Both the position numbers and the translations under genes were made by a program. Shown here piece after piece: positions 12,601-25,700 of a DNA stretch of 64,000 nt; the first letter of the stretch is position 1, and each line of letters begins with the position of its first letter. The notes below the pieces were generated by a model. It was not told the DNA's origin. It worked only from the letters and a program-made list of their open reading frames with translations, and searched no databases. Origin of the DNA: Balanoglossus misakiensis (lineage: Eukaryota > Animalia > Hemichordata); assembly GCA_040954595.2 (NCBI GenBank), contig CM082585.2, positions 4,365,358-4,429,357 of the forward strand, read 5' to 3'.

Positions 12601-15600
12601 GACATTGGTTTTACGTAACGAAGAGTTAAAAAAATAATGGATACCCCATAGGAACCGCGCACGACGCGCTTTTCGAACTCGAAGGTATATAGAGATACAT
12701 TCTATTTCCTATAATCCTCCATTCTCGTACACGCGCTATCTAAAGTGCTCGCTACGCGAGCGGCCTTCAGCCGCTCTTGCTGCGCTCGCTATACGTCAAC
12801 CGGCACATCGTGAAGAGCTGCGGCATCCTGCCCAAAAGGTGTGTTTTTGATGTTGCATCTTGCAGTCGCCGTAACTAAAGACATGAACAACCGAAGTAAA
12901 TAAATAGCGTAATGGAAGTATCATAGTGATGTGCTCACGCAAACACGTCGTCTCATCATTTTCACAATCTTGGACTCCGTCACAAAGCTTGTAGTTTGGA
13001 ATACACGATCCGTCACTGCAACGAAATTCGTTGTGGCCGCATGCTATGAAAATACAAGAGTATACCATTAATACCCAACCCGAACCAGGCGAACTCCGGT
13101 CCATGAAACAACCCCCAAATTACATGTTTCTTTAACTATTACGTCATAACTCTACAGTTAAGCTATGACCACATCTTATCGTGGAATTCTGGTTGGTGCA
13201 ATGGTCCTATTGGCCAGTGTGCAGCATGGGACCAAAATAAAAAGCCATATTTTAGAGTCACCTGTGACACCTGCTTAACTCATTAATTATGTGCATGCCT
13301 AATTCCAGGCGAACCAATAGGGCTGGAGATCTTGTCTTAGTTGGCCATGGACCAGTATGGGGTCAAAATTTCTTGCCCAACTTTTGGGTGACCTTTGACC
13401 TCTTTTCCAATATCTCTGCATCCAGAGCAGATACTGCCTTGGCATGTGGAGGGATGGGACCAAAATGAAAAGCCAAATTTTGGGGGCACCTGTGATACCT
13501 GCTAAACTCATTAATTTTGTGCATACCTAATTCGAGACTAACCAAAAGGGCTAGAGGTCTGTTTTTTTAGTTGCACATGGACTAATGATTATTTGCATAT
13601 CTCATTCTTTGCCATCCAATAATTGTACAGGTTTGTTATTTACTCAACATACCTACAAAACCACCACAATTTCCCCAAACATGCTTCGATGCTTTTGAAC
13701 AACTTTTACATCTCTTAGCAACTATTCACATGGTGTCGCGAAACCCGCTTATTGCTGTTTACAGCTAAATTTATCGGTAATGTTAATTACACCAGGAGTA
13801 TTTGGCTTATAGCTAATTAATTGCTTGATAGGGATAGTTTTAAACATGGTTGTTTAGCAACATGCACATCTCCTCAAAGTAAATGTTCAATTTTTACTAC
13901 TTGATTTAAGTCATCGCGATTACCAATAAAAGTCCACTGTCACACTGTGAAGAGCTGCGGGCATCCTGCCCAAAAGGTGGTTTTATGTTGCATCTTGCAG
14001 TCGCTGTAACTAATGACATGAATAACCGAAGTACATAAATAGCGTAATGCCATAGTGATCTGCTCACCCAAACACGTCGTCTCATCATTTTCACAATCGG
14101 GGACTCCGTCACAAAACTTGTAGTTTGGAATACACGATCTGTCACTGCAAGGAAACTCGTTGTAGTCACATTCTACATAAAAATACAAGAGTATACCATT
14201 AATCCCTAACCGGAACTCTGACCAGGCGAAATCCGGTCAATTAATGAAACAACCCCAAAGTATTTCTGAAGTTACTGCAGCGAAGTTATGAAACATGCAC
14301 TGTAACTCCAAAATACTGTCCAAAAATAGATATAGCTATTCTACCACTAGGGATTAATAGAATCTCACACTCCCAAGGACCTGGGATCGTATTTCTTACA
14401 CGAGTTGGGGATGTTTTTGTCCCACACTCGCCTGCGGCTCCTGTGGGACAAAATATCCCCGACGAGTGTGAGAAATATGATCCCAGGTCCTTGGTGTGTG
14501 AGATTCTTTTTCTCACACGACCAGAAATTTGCGATATTAACGTTTATTTACAATAAAAGAACTAAATCTATAAAATACCAACTGATAACTGCATGACCAG
14601 TCATATATTGATCCGCCCAGCAAAACATAGTCCCCATTTCATCACGAATTTACAGTACACACATGCTATAAAAATGTGCTCAACACATTAAAATATGGAG
14701 ATTGTTTCCGGTGACATACATGTAAATTCGCGCGATATCTAGAAAATACGACTGTTTTTTTTAGTCTGTCGCCAACCATGTACACCACCGTCGTCTGCAC
14801 ATGACCTGATCACATTGTAGTTCCGGTTTGTGTACAACACATCGCACAATTGGATAATATTTGCTCATTCTGAGGGGTATGGATATCATTATCCAATCAG
14901 AGCTCGTGACAGATAACAGTTGTCTGTGTGCGCATTAACACATAGTGTGGGATCAATTTGATCAATTTGATCCCACACTCTCTATCCCACACTCCCAGCG
15001 GCCAGGAGTGTGAGAAAGAGTAGTGACCTCACAACGTTATTCCATTAAACGAAAAGTACAGTTTCATGAAACAGTAGATACATTTGCATATTTTAAACAC
15101 ATTTTTTTAAAAAACTTATAGCACATTCAGTTCATATATTGTCATGAACTTGTTATTGCGCCTGTTTATCACCCCCTCCCCCCCTCACTGTCTTATAAGG
15201 AAATAGACCACACACGCATGCGCCTCAACAATGAATCCTAGGATATCAAAATATAACACGTTGCTTATTGAGGCACGACCAATATATAATATTCTGTTGA
15301 CACGTCAATCGTTTGTATACGTCTGCGTATGCGTCTGCATACACCCCAGTTTAATTGTCACCCCAACACCAGTTTCATGTCCACTGGTTTTCACATCTGC
15401 ATTTAATGTTCTGCATTTTAATACACACCATTATAAAAAAATGTCATGTGGAAGTGACTCCGACCTTACCAAAGGCTCTACTTACACCAAAGACTGACAG
15501 TGACCAATGCCACGTTGTGAGTAGCTTTGGGCATCCTGCCCAAAAGGTGTCTTTTTGTTGTTGCATCTTGTAGTCGCTGTAACTAAAGACATGAACAAAC

Positions 15601-18435
15601 GAAGTACATAAACAGCGTAGAGAAAGTGCCATAGTGATGTGCTCACCCAAACACGTCGTCTCATCATTTTCACAATCTTGGACTCCGTCACAAAGCTTGT
15701 AGTTTGGAATACACGATCCGTCACTGCAACGAAATTCCTCGTGACCACATGCTATAAAAATACAAGAGTATACCATTAATCCCTAACCCGAACTCTGACC
15801 AGGCGAACTCCGGTCAATGAAACAACCCCAAGATTTCTGAAATTACTATATCAAACTGGATGAAGCATGCAGTGTATATATCTAAACAGTGAGACATATA
15901 CCACATGTAACTCCAAAATACTGTCAAAAATGGATATAGCCATTATACCACTAAAGATAGAGTAGTGAGCTCACAACGTTATTGCATTAAAAGAAAACGA
16001 ACTGTTTCACGTAACATTATATTGCTAATTTGCATTTTTAAACACATTTTTAAAAATTATGGCCCATTCGGTTCATATCTGGTGACAGCTGGGTTGCACA
16101 GTTTTGTAGTAAATCAAGGCTACAACAAACTTGGTAATGCGCCTGTTTATCACCCCTCCCAATGTCTTAGAAGGAAACAGACCACACACGCATGTGCCTC
16201 ATCAATGAATCCCAGGAAATCAATATCACTGTGGTTATTGAGGCACGATCAATATTTAATATTAATGCATCGTACATACTTCACCAGCATCTAAGTAATG
16301 CAATTTTCCACTGTTCAATGTTAAATTCAAAATGTGGTCACTACCCAGAGAAAAATGATAGTGCGAAAATAAATGTAAGCTTTAGATTAATTCTCTTGTA
16401 TACACATTCACACGTTCATTGCACTAAATATTTCATTTATATAATTCTCACTTTCGCATCCCTTTTCATCTTCGCCAGCCGTACAGTCACGGTAGTTGTC
16501 ACATCGATAGCGACCAGGCAAGCATTTGTCATCCGGACAGATGAACCCACAAACTGGTGAAAGAATAATAGAAAAATTGAACTCGAATCATACATACGTT
16601 ATACATGATATGCTGATGATCGGTTACACCATAAAACCCATACAGTGTAAAAACCAGAAGGACACACACATTCATGTACATGCATACATACATACATACA
16701 TACATACATACATACATACATACATACATACATACATACATACATACATACATACATACATACATACATACATACATACATACATACATACATACATACA
16801 TACATACATACATACATACTTACATACATACATACATACATACATAAAATGAAGTTTTTTGTGAGTTATCTATTTGATTTCATTTATTACTGCATATACG
16901 ACTCACGATCAAATGTTTGTCTCAATACCAATAATATCTAGAAACAGTAATCAGTCTGCGAAATATTTTACTATTACTTTTTGAAACCGTACATACACTT
17001 GAAGCTATAGTCACGAAAATATGAAAAATGAATTTACATCTACAGAAAAACAAGGTTGTCGCTCACCTACGCATGTGCTGTTGTCATCTTGTAACTCATA
17101 ACCTTTGTTACATGCGCAGTAGAAAGATCCAATTGTATTTACACAGATATGACTACATGTACCATTCATGGTTCCACATTCGTCGATATCTAAACGAGAA
17201 AAAACACCCAATCGATAAAAAGAAAAAAAGAAACAGAAACTGGTGTATATAAAATTTTACATTCACTAGTTAAATTTCCAATTAAAATTGTTCCTCTGTT
17301 TACTGATACGAGTTTCAAAAGATCAGTCAAGGTGGTCACATTTGGTCCCAATATAAGCCCAACCTGTTCCTGTTGACGAATGTTAATGTTTCAACATCCA
17401 TCGCATATATCATTTTCTGTTTATCATAATTCAGGTGGATTTGTATGATATCGGCCATTTCAATATTGTTTCCTTCACGCAATGATCTACTTCAATAAAC
17501 ATTAGCTACGCTGCTCTGAGGTCACAATTCCCCCAACAGATCTCACCTTCGCACTGGTATGAACTTGGATCAGGTGTGAAGCCAGCTGGACAAGCGCATA
17601 CTTCTTCATCATACGGCCCTATTGTCCACTTCTGTTCGCAGAGATCCTGTCCGATTATGGACTGTGCCTGGTTAAAAAAACACGTTTGACATTTTCCAGT
17701 AATGCTGTTCTGTTTATCAACTAAAATGTGTTCTTTCCGTAAAACATGTTTTAGCATATTGACCAATCACTGTGTGGAAAATACCTTTCATTCTTTACCA
17801 TATTCAGTATAGTTTCCCCCGCTTGTTTTCTAAAATTTCTTGTTTTGTTTTAATGAATTGAAACTCGACATCTCCAAAAATAGAACAGCTTTGCGGAGAC
17901 ATACATTGTAATAGGAAAACATTTACTAATGTTTGTCATCAGCTTGATATTAAATTGTTTACAATTTTACTACAAAATAATATAGCTTCGTGAAAAAGTG
18001 AAAACACAAAATATACATGTGTCAAATGATCTGCGCATCTTGCAATTCGACAATGAACAAATGTTTGTACAGCAAAAACAAAGCAATTCTTAAAAAAACT
18101 TGGTTTGTCGGTGGAACGAAGTCTGTACATTTGAAATTCTTACAGACACAAATTCAATCTGGTAACACAATGAATGTGTCTGGTGTAAAATATCAACTCA
18201 AAAACCAAAACGCAAATACATAAATCAGTGGCATTAATGTTGCAACTTAATTACTGTAATTTGTGTTTAAATTCTTGTATATTTTGCGCGTCAGTTAATT
18301 AATTAACGATACTGTAAGAGAACGTCACAGGCTTTTTATTTAAATTGTATGATGTAAACATATTCTTACCTTGCACGGGAAAGTAATTGCAATTACCAGT
18401 AAAAGTGTACAAACACACGCACGAAACTTTTCCAT
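672..18435 (-). CDS. GRL101-like: Copy A (5' part; continues beyond left edge): paralog of copy B, signal peptide to third CUB domain, with LDLa exon 5 present three times
   Basis: Exons: 18370-18435 ([22 protein letters not shown]), 17547-17667, 17067-17189, 16452-16553, 15647-15751, 14068-14172, 12939-13043, 12138-12257, 11706-11816, 11082-11297, 10604-10807, 10051-10158, 9540-9668, 8209-8500, 7707-7783, 7189-7326, 6213-6323, 5607-5726, 4951-5105, 4543-4636, 3933-4259, 2065-2256, 1205-1597, 672-1100. Order and phases match copy B and most lengths are identical. The 7TM part is not in the window, so the family call rests on paralogy. Confidence 0.8.
2367..3448. mobile_element. Non-autonomous TIR element with TTAA target duplication (Kolobok-like termini)
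   Basis: 17-bp TIR GGTGGCATTGCATGAAA with TTAA on both sides. The orthologous intron of copy B has a single TTAA (gatttaaagaa, ~33990). Confidence 0.85.
2610..2957. mobile_element. Palindromic MITE nested in the previous element, TTAA TSD
   Basis: TIR AGGGACAAAGTCTCTCTCTCGCTG, extending as an imperfect fold-back through most of the element. TTAA at 2606-2609 and 2958-2961. Confidence 0.9.
6370..6761. mobile_element. Hairpin-plus-short-IR element, specific to copy A
   Basis: IR ttattacatatgt (6370) / acatatgtaataa (6555-6567), then a ~190-bp fold-back at 6570-6761. Absent from the matching copy B intron. Confidence 0.75.
12289..12471. mobile_element. MITE with TTAA TSD (Kolobok-like)
   Basis: TIR AGGTATACGGTCACCT (15/16 match) with TTAA on both sides. 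Empty site agttaatcaca in copy B at ~44810. Confidence 0.85.
14359..15017. mobile_element. Hairpin-plus-short-IR element
   Basis: Fold-back at 14359-14507, then tttctcacac (14509) ... gtgtgagaaa (15008-15017). Absent from the duplicated intron segment at ~15955. Confidence 0.75.
16684..16846. repeat. (TACA)n microsatellite
   Basis: Visible near-perfect tetranucleotide run. Confidence 0.98.
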
Positions 18436-18589
18436 GTCTAACGCGAAGTACCAACGGTTGGCATCTCAATCTCAAAGAATGTTGGTTCGCACGATATGTG
18501 TAAAGTTACTACTCGGAGCCTGTTTCCCAACTGCGGAGTTTGACTACTTGGCCAAAACATATCAACTGTAGCTAACCAAATGTCGCCTG

Positions 18590-18660
18590 TATAAATTAAA
18601 ACACCGACCAGTAGCTGCTGTAATACTTATCAATTGCATCTTCTTATTTGCTTTATGGAG
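18590..18660 (-). promoter_or_regulatory. Conserved non-coding block upstream of copy A start (candidate promoter/5' UTR element)
   Basis: ataaattaaaacaccgaccagtagctgctgtaatac.tatcaattgcatcttct is almost identical at 52954-53007, upstream of the copy B ATG. Function is inferred only. Confidence 0.35.
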
Positions 18661-21600
18661 ACACTGCTAGAATGAGAAACCCGTCGCCAGGGGCGCTTCT
18701 CCCGCCTCGAGCAACATGGTTTACCATATTAATATATATCATTTGTGATTGCCAGTATGTATATGTATAGGTATGGTAAGAACTACCTCTTTGATATCTG
18801 ACAGTATATCCAGCACTGTCTGGCACACCTCCCACTAATTCGTAAATCAACAATTTTCATTTATGTTACGAAACTCAACTACTGTGACACGAGAAAGACA
18901 CCTGTTAGGGTATATAAGATCAAGTTCAGGCAAATTCTTTACAGAAGATCGATTGGTAAACAGTAACGCTTTGGTCAACCTATCTTCAGTTCTCTCCGTT
19001 CAGGTGCTTAGGCGATGTCGTCACTGTGACCTGTTTTGTTTCTGGTAGGGGTTTGTTGTCTGTCGCGTGATATCGGTTTGTGAAAAATTTCTATAGCCTA
19101 AGCCCCACTCATATCTAATGCCAAGAGCTTCTAGACAACTTACAAAAGATATTCAACCCACACCTAGTTCAATCAATGCCGAATGTCACAAAACGCGTGG
19201 TTCAGGTAATGGAAAGTCGTTTAAAGTTTAAACACAAAGCCTGTGGGTCGTCTTTCTAATCGCAAATGAACTGTACAACAAGATTTATCTTCTCAGAACT
19301 ACACGAAAAAGAATTGGCATATGCATCCAAGATTGTTGAAATTGTGCCTAAAATTCTATACAGGGGCAGTTTGTGAAGTTGTATGGTCAAACCTCCCGGG
19401 CGGGAAAAAGGTATCTGTACCGATGCTTTGGATGTAGTATGTCACTTTGAATGATACAGATTGGGGCATGTTGACAATTGAATGAGTCTATTCTTTCGAA
19501 TGAAACAGATTTTTTTTCAATTTGAAACACGTGTACCTTTGCTTACCATTTAATTTATTAACACTATTTACTGACAAACTAAATGAAACGTATCTCCGAG
19601 GGCTTTCAAGGCAACAAATAGGTCTAAAGGATTCATTCTACTTGTACCGCTATTTATGGGATTCGAAAAGTTTCTGCGTTTGACAGCAACTGAAATTTTC
19701 AGACAATAGATGTAAAAGTTATTAATTGAGACACTGTTATCAATGCCAATTAATCCAACATGCTTGGGATTAGTTTCCTGTAGAATAATATGAATGCTTC
19801 ACATTTTGATAAGCTTTTCGAAAACCTGACATGTACATTTTGCACACTTTTCGTCATTTAAAGCAAAAAGCATAAAAGATAAGCTTGTATTCGAGGCCAA
19901 CATATTGTCGTGTACGAAGTAAGATTAAGACGGGTCTGTCTGTGATACACTTTTCCAGGGTCGACATTTAATGACATAGAATGACCAAACAGCCATCCTT
20001 GAAACTAATGGATGAAAGGGAAAAAACTGAAAGGTGAGATTAGAGTTTCTTAAAAAAACTGCAGTACGATAGCATGTGTAGCATGATTAATATTTAAGGA
20101 ACATTCACCGTAAGTTTTGGTTATCTTTTTCATATTTTTCTGTTTGCCATGAAAAATATTTGAATGAATACATGTCTGTCGAAGAACGGGCAGTGAATGA
20201 ATAACTAAGTAACTAAATAAACGAACAAACAAACAAGCAAAGGAACGAACGAATGAATGAATGAATGAGCGTGGACAGCAGAGATGAACATGTGAACAAT
20301 CAGTCTATTTCTGTTGTTCTTGCTGCTGCTGCTGAACGGGACAATTTTGTTTTGAGTTGGGTCTCAATACGAATGTTGTGTTGTATCAGCACATTTTTGC
20401 ACAAAATGGACTTTTCATACATCATCACATCACATCACTAATGTAAAGAAAACAATTTGTTTTTATTTGTTTGTAATGACCCTTTTTGACGAGAAAATGG
20501 CCAAAATGATTTTTTTTTCTTGAGCAGCTAATGCTAAAAAGACTGATTTTGGAATCAGCTCCTTGCTACAAAATGGACTCTCCAAACATCACCAGATCTG
20601 TGAATATGACGAACATAGTTTATATTTTTTTCTTCTAAAATTACCTAATTAGGCAAAAATGACCAAAGTGGCAATTTTGTCCAGTGTGGGGTCAGTAAAA
20701 TTGCTTTTTTGATAGTCACCGCACAGGTTTTTATAGTATGGACATTTAACTACTCATTAGATCACCGAAAGTGAAGAAAACAGTATGCTTAAATGAGGTC
20801 AATAAGAATCAGCACCAATTCTCCACTCACTTTCTAACATACGTGTATGTATTTCTCACTCTGCAGTTGCAAAGAGATATACTATCAAGATAAAGACTCG
20901 TTGAAGTAATAAATAGTGGGAATAAGTAAAGACTTTATTGCCTACAACACACAGATGTCTAGGTGTATAAAAGAAATCAATGCTCTGAACCGCGAATTAA
21001 AAGTATGCTAAATAAGCTAGATAAATATCCAGCACACAACATGATCAATATTATCCAACGATCAAAGTGAAATGACATTATAATCTTCTCATTGGTTGTC
21101 GGTCATTGTCGAAAATTGTTAATCCATTGTTAGCATTTGAGGTGTTTCACTCCTAAGATCATGGCCAAATCAATGAGACCATTTATAAAGATTGTTACCA
21201 CTAACTATTCCTATCTACACCAAATGCAATTCACGGGGAATGTAGTTAAATACTACCAAATATGTTCATTACATTGACATTCCCAGGCTCTGATAGTTGT
21301 TGAGCAATCGACTCCCAAATCGATTATTTTGTCACTTGGGTTACCAAGGTTGTTTGACCTTTATACAATTAGAACTCGATGTTGATATATGAGTCATGAG
21401 AATTCATCGAAAATTGCAATTCTTTATTTAAATTGCATACTAAGTAAAATGCAGAACGTGACATCTGAATGAAATGCTTCTATTTCGGTGTGGGATGCCT
21501 CCAAGTGAAATGTAACAGTACAGTTGACAGGAAAAGACGTTGTTTTATGATTCCAGTTTACTTTGTATCAAGACAGACCAAACACTCAACGGACACTCAA

Positions 21601-22000
21601 CGGACAACTGCTTTAAAAGGTGAAAGAACTAGATACTTATATATGTTTGTAACATCTAAATTGGACAACGAACTATACTAGAGGAAACAGCACTACAATA
21701 TTTTTAACATCTAAATAGAGAGAATGCGTAAATATTATCTTTAACAATTTAAAATTTGTAGGAAATCAGTACCAATTTTAAAGAGTCAATATAAGTGATG
21801 ATGTAATGAAAATACTGCCAACAATACATTTAAATACATGTAGTCGAAATTCTATTAGGAACTGGCGTTCGATTATAATAATATCATGATAAAAATTTTA
21901 AAAAGCCATTTTAAAGATTAATATGTTTACAGTTAAGAATTCAAACACCCGAAACTTGAAAAAAAAAACATTCCAGTACAGACGTACGTTACTAAACTTT

Positions 22001-22719
22001 CTAGTTCAACTTTTGACTTTTCTTTGCACAGTCAACCAGTCGTGAAATCAGTCTTCCATAAGCCGTTATATCTTTGCTGTATGCTAACTTTTCGCCGATC
22101 TTCCCGATGATCTTTGATTTGCTGACATAGGACAGGAAAACTTTGCTGACGGTATTCTATAAGTAAAATAAAAAATATCCATTTTTGGTGAATAATAATA
22201 TTATATCACCTTGTTGATGAAATTACCTGATAAAACTAGCCAATAAATTTTACAGACTGAATGTAGCAGAATAATTTAATGTGTTCCCTCCAAACTGAAA
22301 AGTAATTTGTAATGTAAACATTTTAATGAATATCGTTCAGAAAATGAATTTGCACACAGTAAATGGACTGGTCAGGCTTTTCCAACCAAATGGGCATATT
22401 TTTAATTTACGCGTTAATTTACAGTTTGCATAATTGATTAATATATCCTTCTCTAAAGAACACAAATCGGGGATACGCGTGTCACTTACATCATTATTTT
22501 TTACGGTGACCAGAACACTTTCTTCCCCTAAATTGTTGTGCAGGGTACCTCTGCTATGGAGAAAGTCCATAGCGGAAGCGACGTCACGGGCAATGACGTA
22601 GGCATCTTTAATCCGCAAATCCTTGGGTCTCTTTCTGGTGTAATCGGACAGGGGCACGTATTTCGATGGTAGAGATGGAATCATGTTACTCTTTGGCATC
22701 TGGTCGTGAAGGAACAAAA
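22001..22719 (-). CDS. Copy B exons 40-41: degenerate protein-kinase C-lobe fragment (pseudokinase-like tail)
   Basis: [29 protein letters not shown] resembles alphaE and HRDLxxxNVLV. [10 protein letters not shown] occupies the beta8/DFG position. [10 protein letters not shown] resembles SDVWSYGVLL. No N-lobe motifs seen. Confidence 0.7.
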
Positions 22720-25700
22720 CTGTAAAGATAAATAAAACAATGCTATCGAGCGTGTTTGTACATTATTACAGCCAAAACCAAGTTAGCGTGGGTTCTGGTT
22801 AGTACGTAATATATGTTCTTAGACAAACCACACACAATAAACGCCATAAAGGGTATATGATTTGAACCGACAAGAAAGGAACAAAAACGTCTAATTCCAT
22901 GCAGCCTTATGCCAGAACACAGCAGGAACAACGAACGTACAAGTAATTGTCGACAACACAAATTTCAGAGGCTGATTACATTTCCTTCTGACTAGGTTTA
23001 TCACAAGGGTCTTGCGGATACGGTGACGGCGTTCCACAAAATAACTCATCAGTCGTCGTTGATGTTGATGCCAATGTGAACCGACTGACAGACAGAGACA
23101 CATAGAGAGACAGAGACAGAGAAAGATAGACAGACAGACATACTGAGACAATGATCTGCTTTAGGTATACATGTACCTGTCGGGTCAGTTCGCTGCACCG
23201 TGCTCTCTGTGGATTTCATACTCTGTCTTGCCGCTGCCTTTCTGTTTGAGTTGATAACTGATATCGTGTACAGGACAGGGTTTGCAGCAGAGTTGACGGG
23301 CAAGATGAACACAGCTGTCCACGCATACACAACACCCGGAATTGTGACTGTGTTTGAGAGCGCTAACATGCCCATGACCGTAATTGGCACCCAGCAACAG
23401 AAATCGGTCAACACAATCAGTGTCATTCGTTTGGCAATTGACGCTTCCTTCGATTTGCTGCGAGACTGGGCACCGGTTGCCGACCCAGTACGCTCTATGA
23501 CGATATACATCACCAAATAACAAACAAAAATAATAACAAAGGAAATGAAATTCAGGAACAATAGCATAACCGAATATTCCCAGCCAGGCGTTTGGTCATT
23601 TGTTAAATACAACGAAAGGCATACTGGGGACCGACCGTAGTAGCTGTCACCAAAGTACGAGATTCTGAACAGCGGTAGTAAACTAACGACCAAACAGACA
23701 ACCCATGCAAACACCGTCAGCGCAGCTGCATATTTGAATTTGAAGAACATAAACCGCAGCGGAAAGACAATCTTAAGAAACCTCTCCACTGTTATCAAGG
23801 TCAAAACAAAGACGGATCCTTCACTAGAGAGAGTTGCTAGGAAACCGGCGAAATGACACAAACGAGAACTTCGCCATATTTCATCGAATCTAACATAGAC
23901 CCCACGATAGTACATGTCCGTTGATGCTATTATCATCAAGTATAGACCCATCAGAAAATCGGAAATGGCCAAATTCCAAATCAAGAAAGTAGGTATATTG
24001 TTGAAATCTTTCTGTTTCAGTCGCCAAACGATGACAAATGCGTTGCCGAGGAGAGCAAACGACCCCAGGATCCAAATGAAAACTCGCAGAACATTGTTAG
24101 CCATGAGATCTTCACAAGACGAGAACGCATCCCCGGATGGCGTGCACACTTCAACTTGATGATAAGATCTGACCATACAACAGTACATATACGCATCTGT
24201 GTATCTGTTGAGATAGAAGAAAAAAGACATTTTTACGACCAGCTAAAGACAGTCAGGTTTCTGATCACCACTGGGCGTTCGTATGCCCTATATCAAGGAA
24301 ATTGTAATTTGGAAAATATTATATGACCAAACAACAAGTTTCCATTATTACTGATAGAGTCTGTTCCCACTATGCAATTCAAAATCCATGTATATTTTCA
24401 GAAATAAAACACTACATACGACACACGAACATAACTGTAACAAGTTCGATATAGGCTATTTTGGTCAAATTAATGTGTTTATTTTCCTTTAAAACCCATC
24501 AAAGGTATTGTAGTTACTCAAACAAAGAAGTATTCTCTGCTATTCCCAATCTCACGTAAATAAGCATCACATATTGAAATATGTCTCATTGATAAATTAC
24601 GCACTGTCCACCAACACGTGCGTCCTTTGATATGTATGACATATACATGTACATGTATTTTGAAAATTCAACCTAAACTTACAATTTTCCATGTATTCAA
24701 TTGTTTCCTCTTGCTTAAAAAACACTTTACATATTTAAGTGGCGGTAAACTTACATTTGCTGCAGACTTTCCAGTGGAAGGAACAATGCATCACTTTCAA
24801 CAGCAAAGCTATTACCAGTCAAGTGTCTACAATGGGGCAAAAACAGACTACATTTGAATGTTTCACGATTACTCACTTTTTCTGTCTTTCTTTTTCAGAT
24901 TTATTCCATTGTTATTTCATTATACGGTGGACAATGGCGCTCAATAGCATGGGGACAACATTTAGAATATAGGACCATGTTTTCATTTTTCTCGAAAGGA
25001 GACAGCATTACCGGGCCAATAAAATAACTTCATACTTTTAGAGACGACAGTCTACTACAATTGTGAATGGAAACACTTGCCGATGATGTAGTTCCGTCAC
25101 TATACATATACTTACAGTTCACGAACGTTTTTCAGTCCTTGAAATGCGCCATCAAATATTTTGCCGATTCCGTTTCCTGAGAGATATCTGCAAAAAAACC
25201 AGTCGTATACCCAATCACTACTAGATCTTACACCGAAGGACACGTATTACGGACATGATAACACATGTTTTCGGCCAACTTAAGTAATGTATATTTATAC
25301 AGTTTGATGCAATTTTCTAACTATGATTTTTCTAAACGAACTTTAAGAAACCGGTATTCCAAAAATATTTGAAATTTTGAAAAAAAATAGAAAAGTTGAA
25401 AACTTTCACATGACGGACAAGAATTTCAACTTCAATGAATAATGATTTACACACATATAAGTCAACACTCCGACCTACATGATATTATTATTATTATAAT
25501 GCTAACTAGAATGTTTTATATTATATTACCATGGCCTGTGCGCCGCATTTTAATTGGTTGGGTTTTCTTGAGTTCGTTGGTAATTTAATGGAAATAACCA
25601 ACTCCGCCCTGACCATAAACGTTTGCTTATGGGCGCGGGCTTGAGGAAAGCCAAAATTCATGGGCTCGCCTCGCCCATGAATTTTTGGCTTTCCCCTCGC

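Noticed and set aside
13130-13780. Further HINE-like fragments (also ~20380-20760, ~34850-35300, ~38880-39185)
   Set aside because: Internal repeats and weak terminal palindromes are visible, but boundaries could not be defined well enough to call.
16526-16852. ORFs with MYVC/YIHT/FIHS repeats (also 26108-26496, 47796-48181, 62359-62724)
   Set aside because: They are translations of microsatellites, not proteins.
22337-22717. Active kinase or separate kinase gene downstream of the GPCR
   Set aside because: No N-lobe, the catalytic Asp is missing, and the exon has a phase-matched acceptor rather than its own start.
23185-24159. Alternative-frame and antisense ORFs conserved between B and C
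   Set aside because: They are by-products of the conserved 7TM exon, with no independent coding signal.
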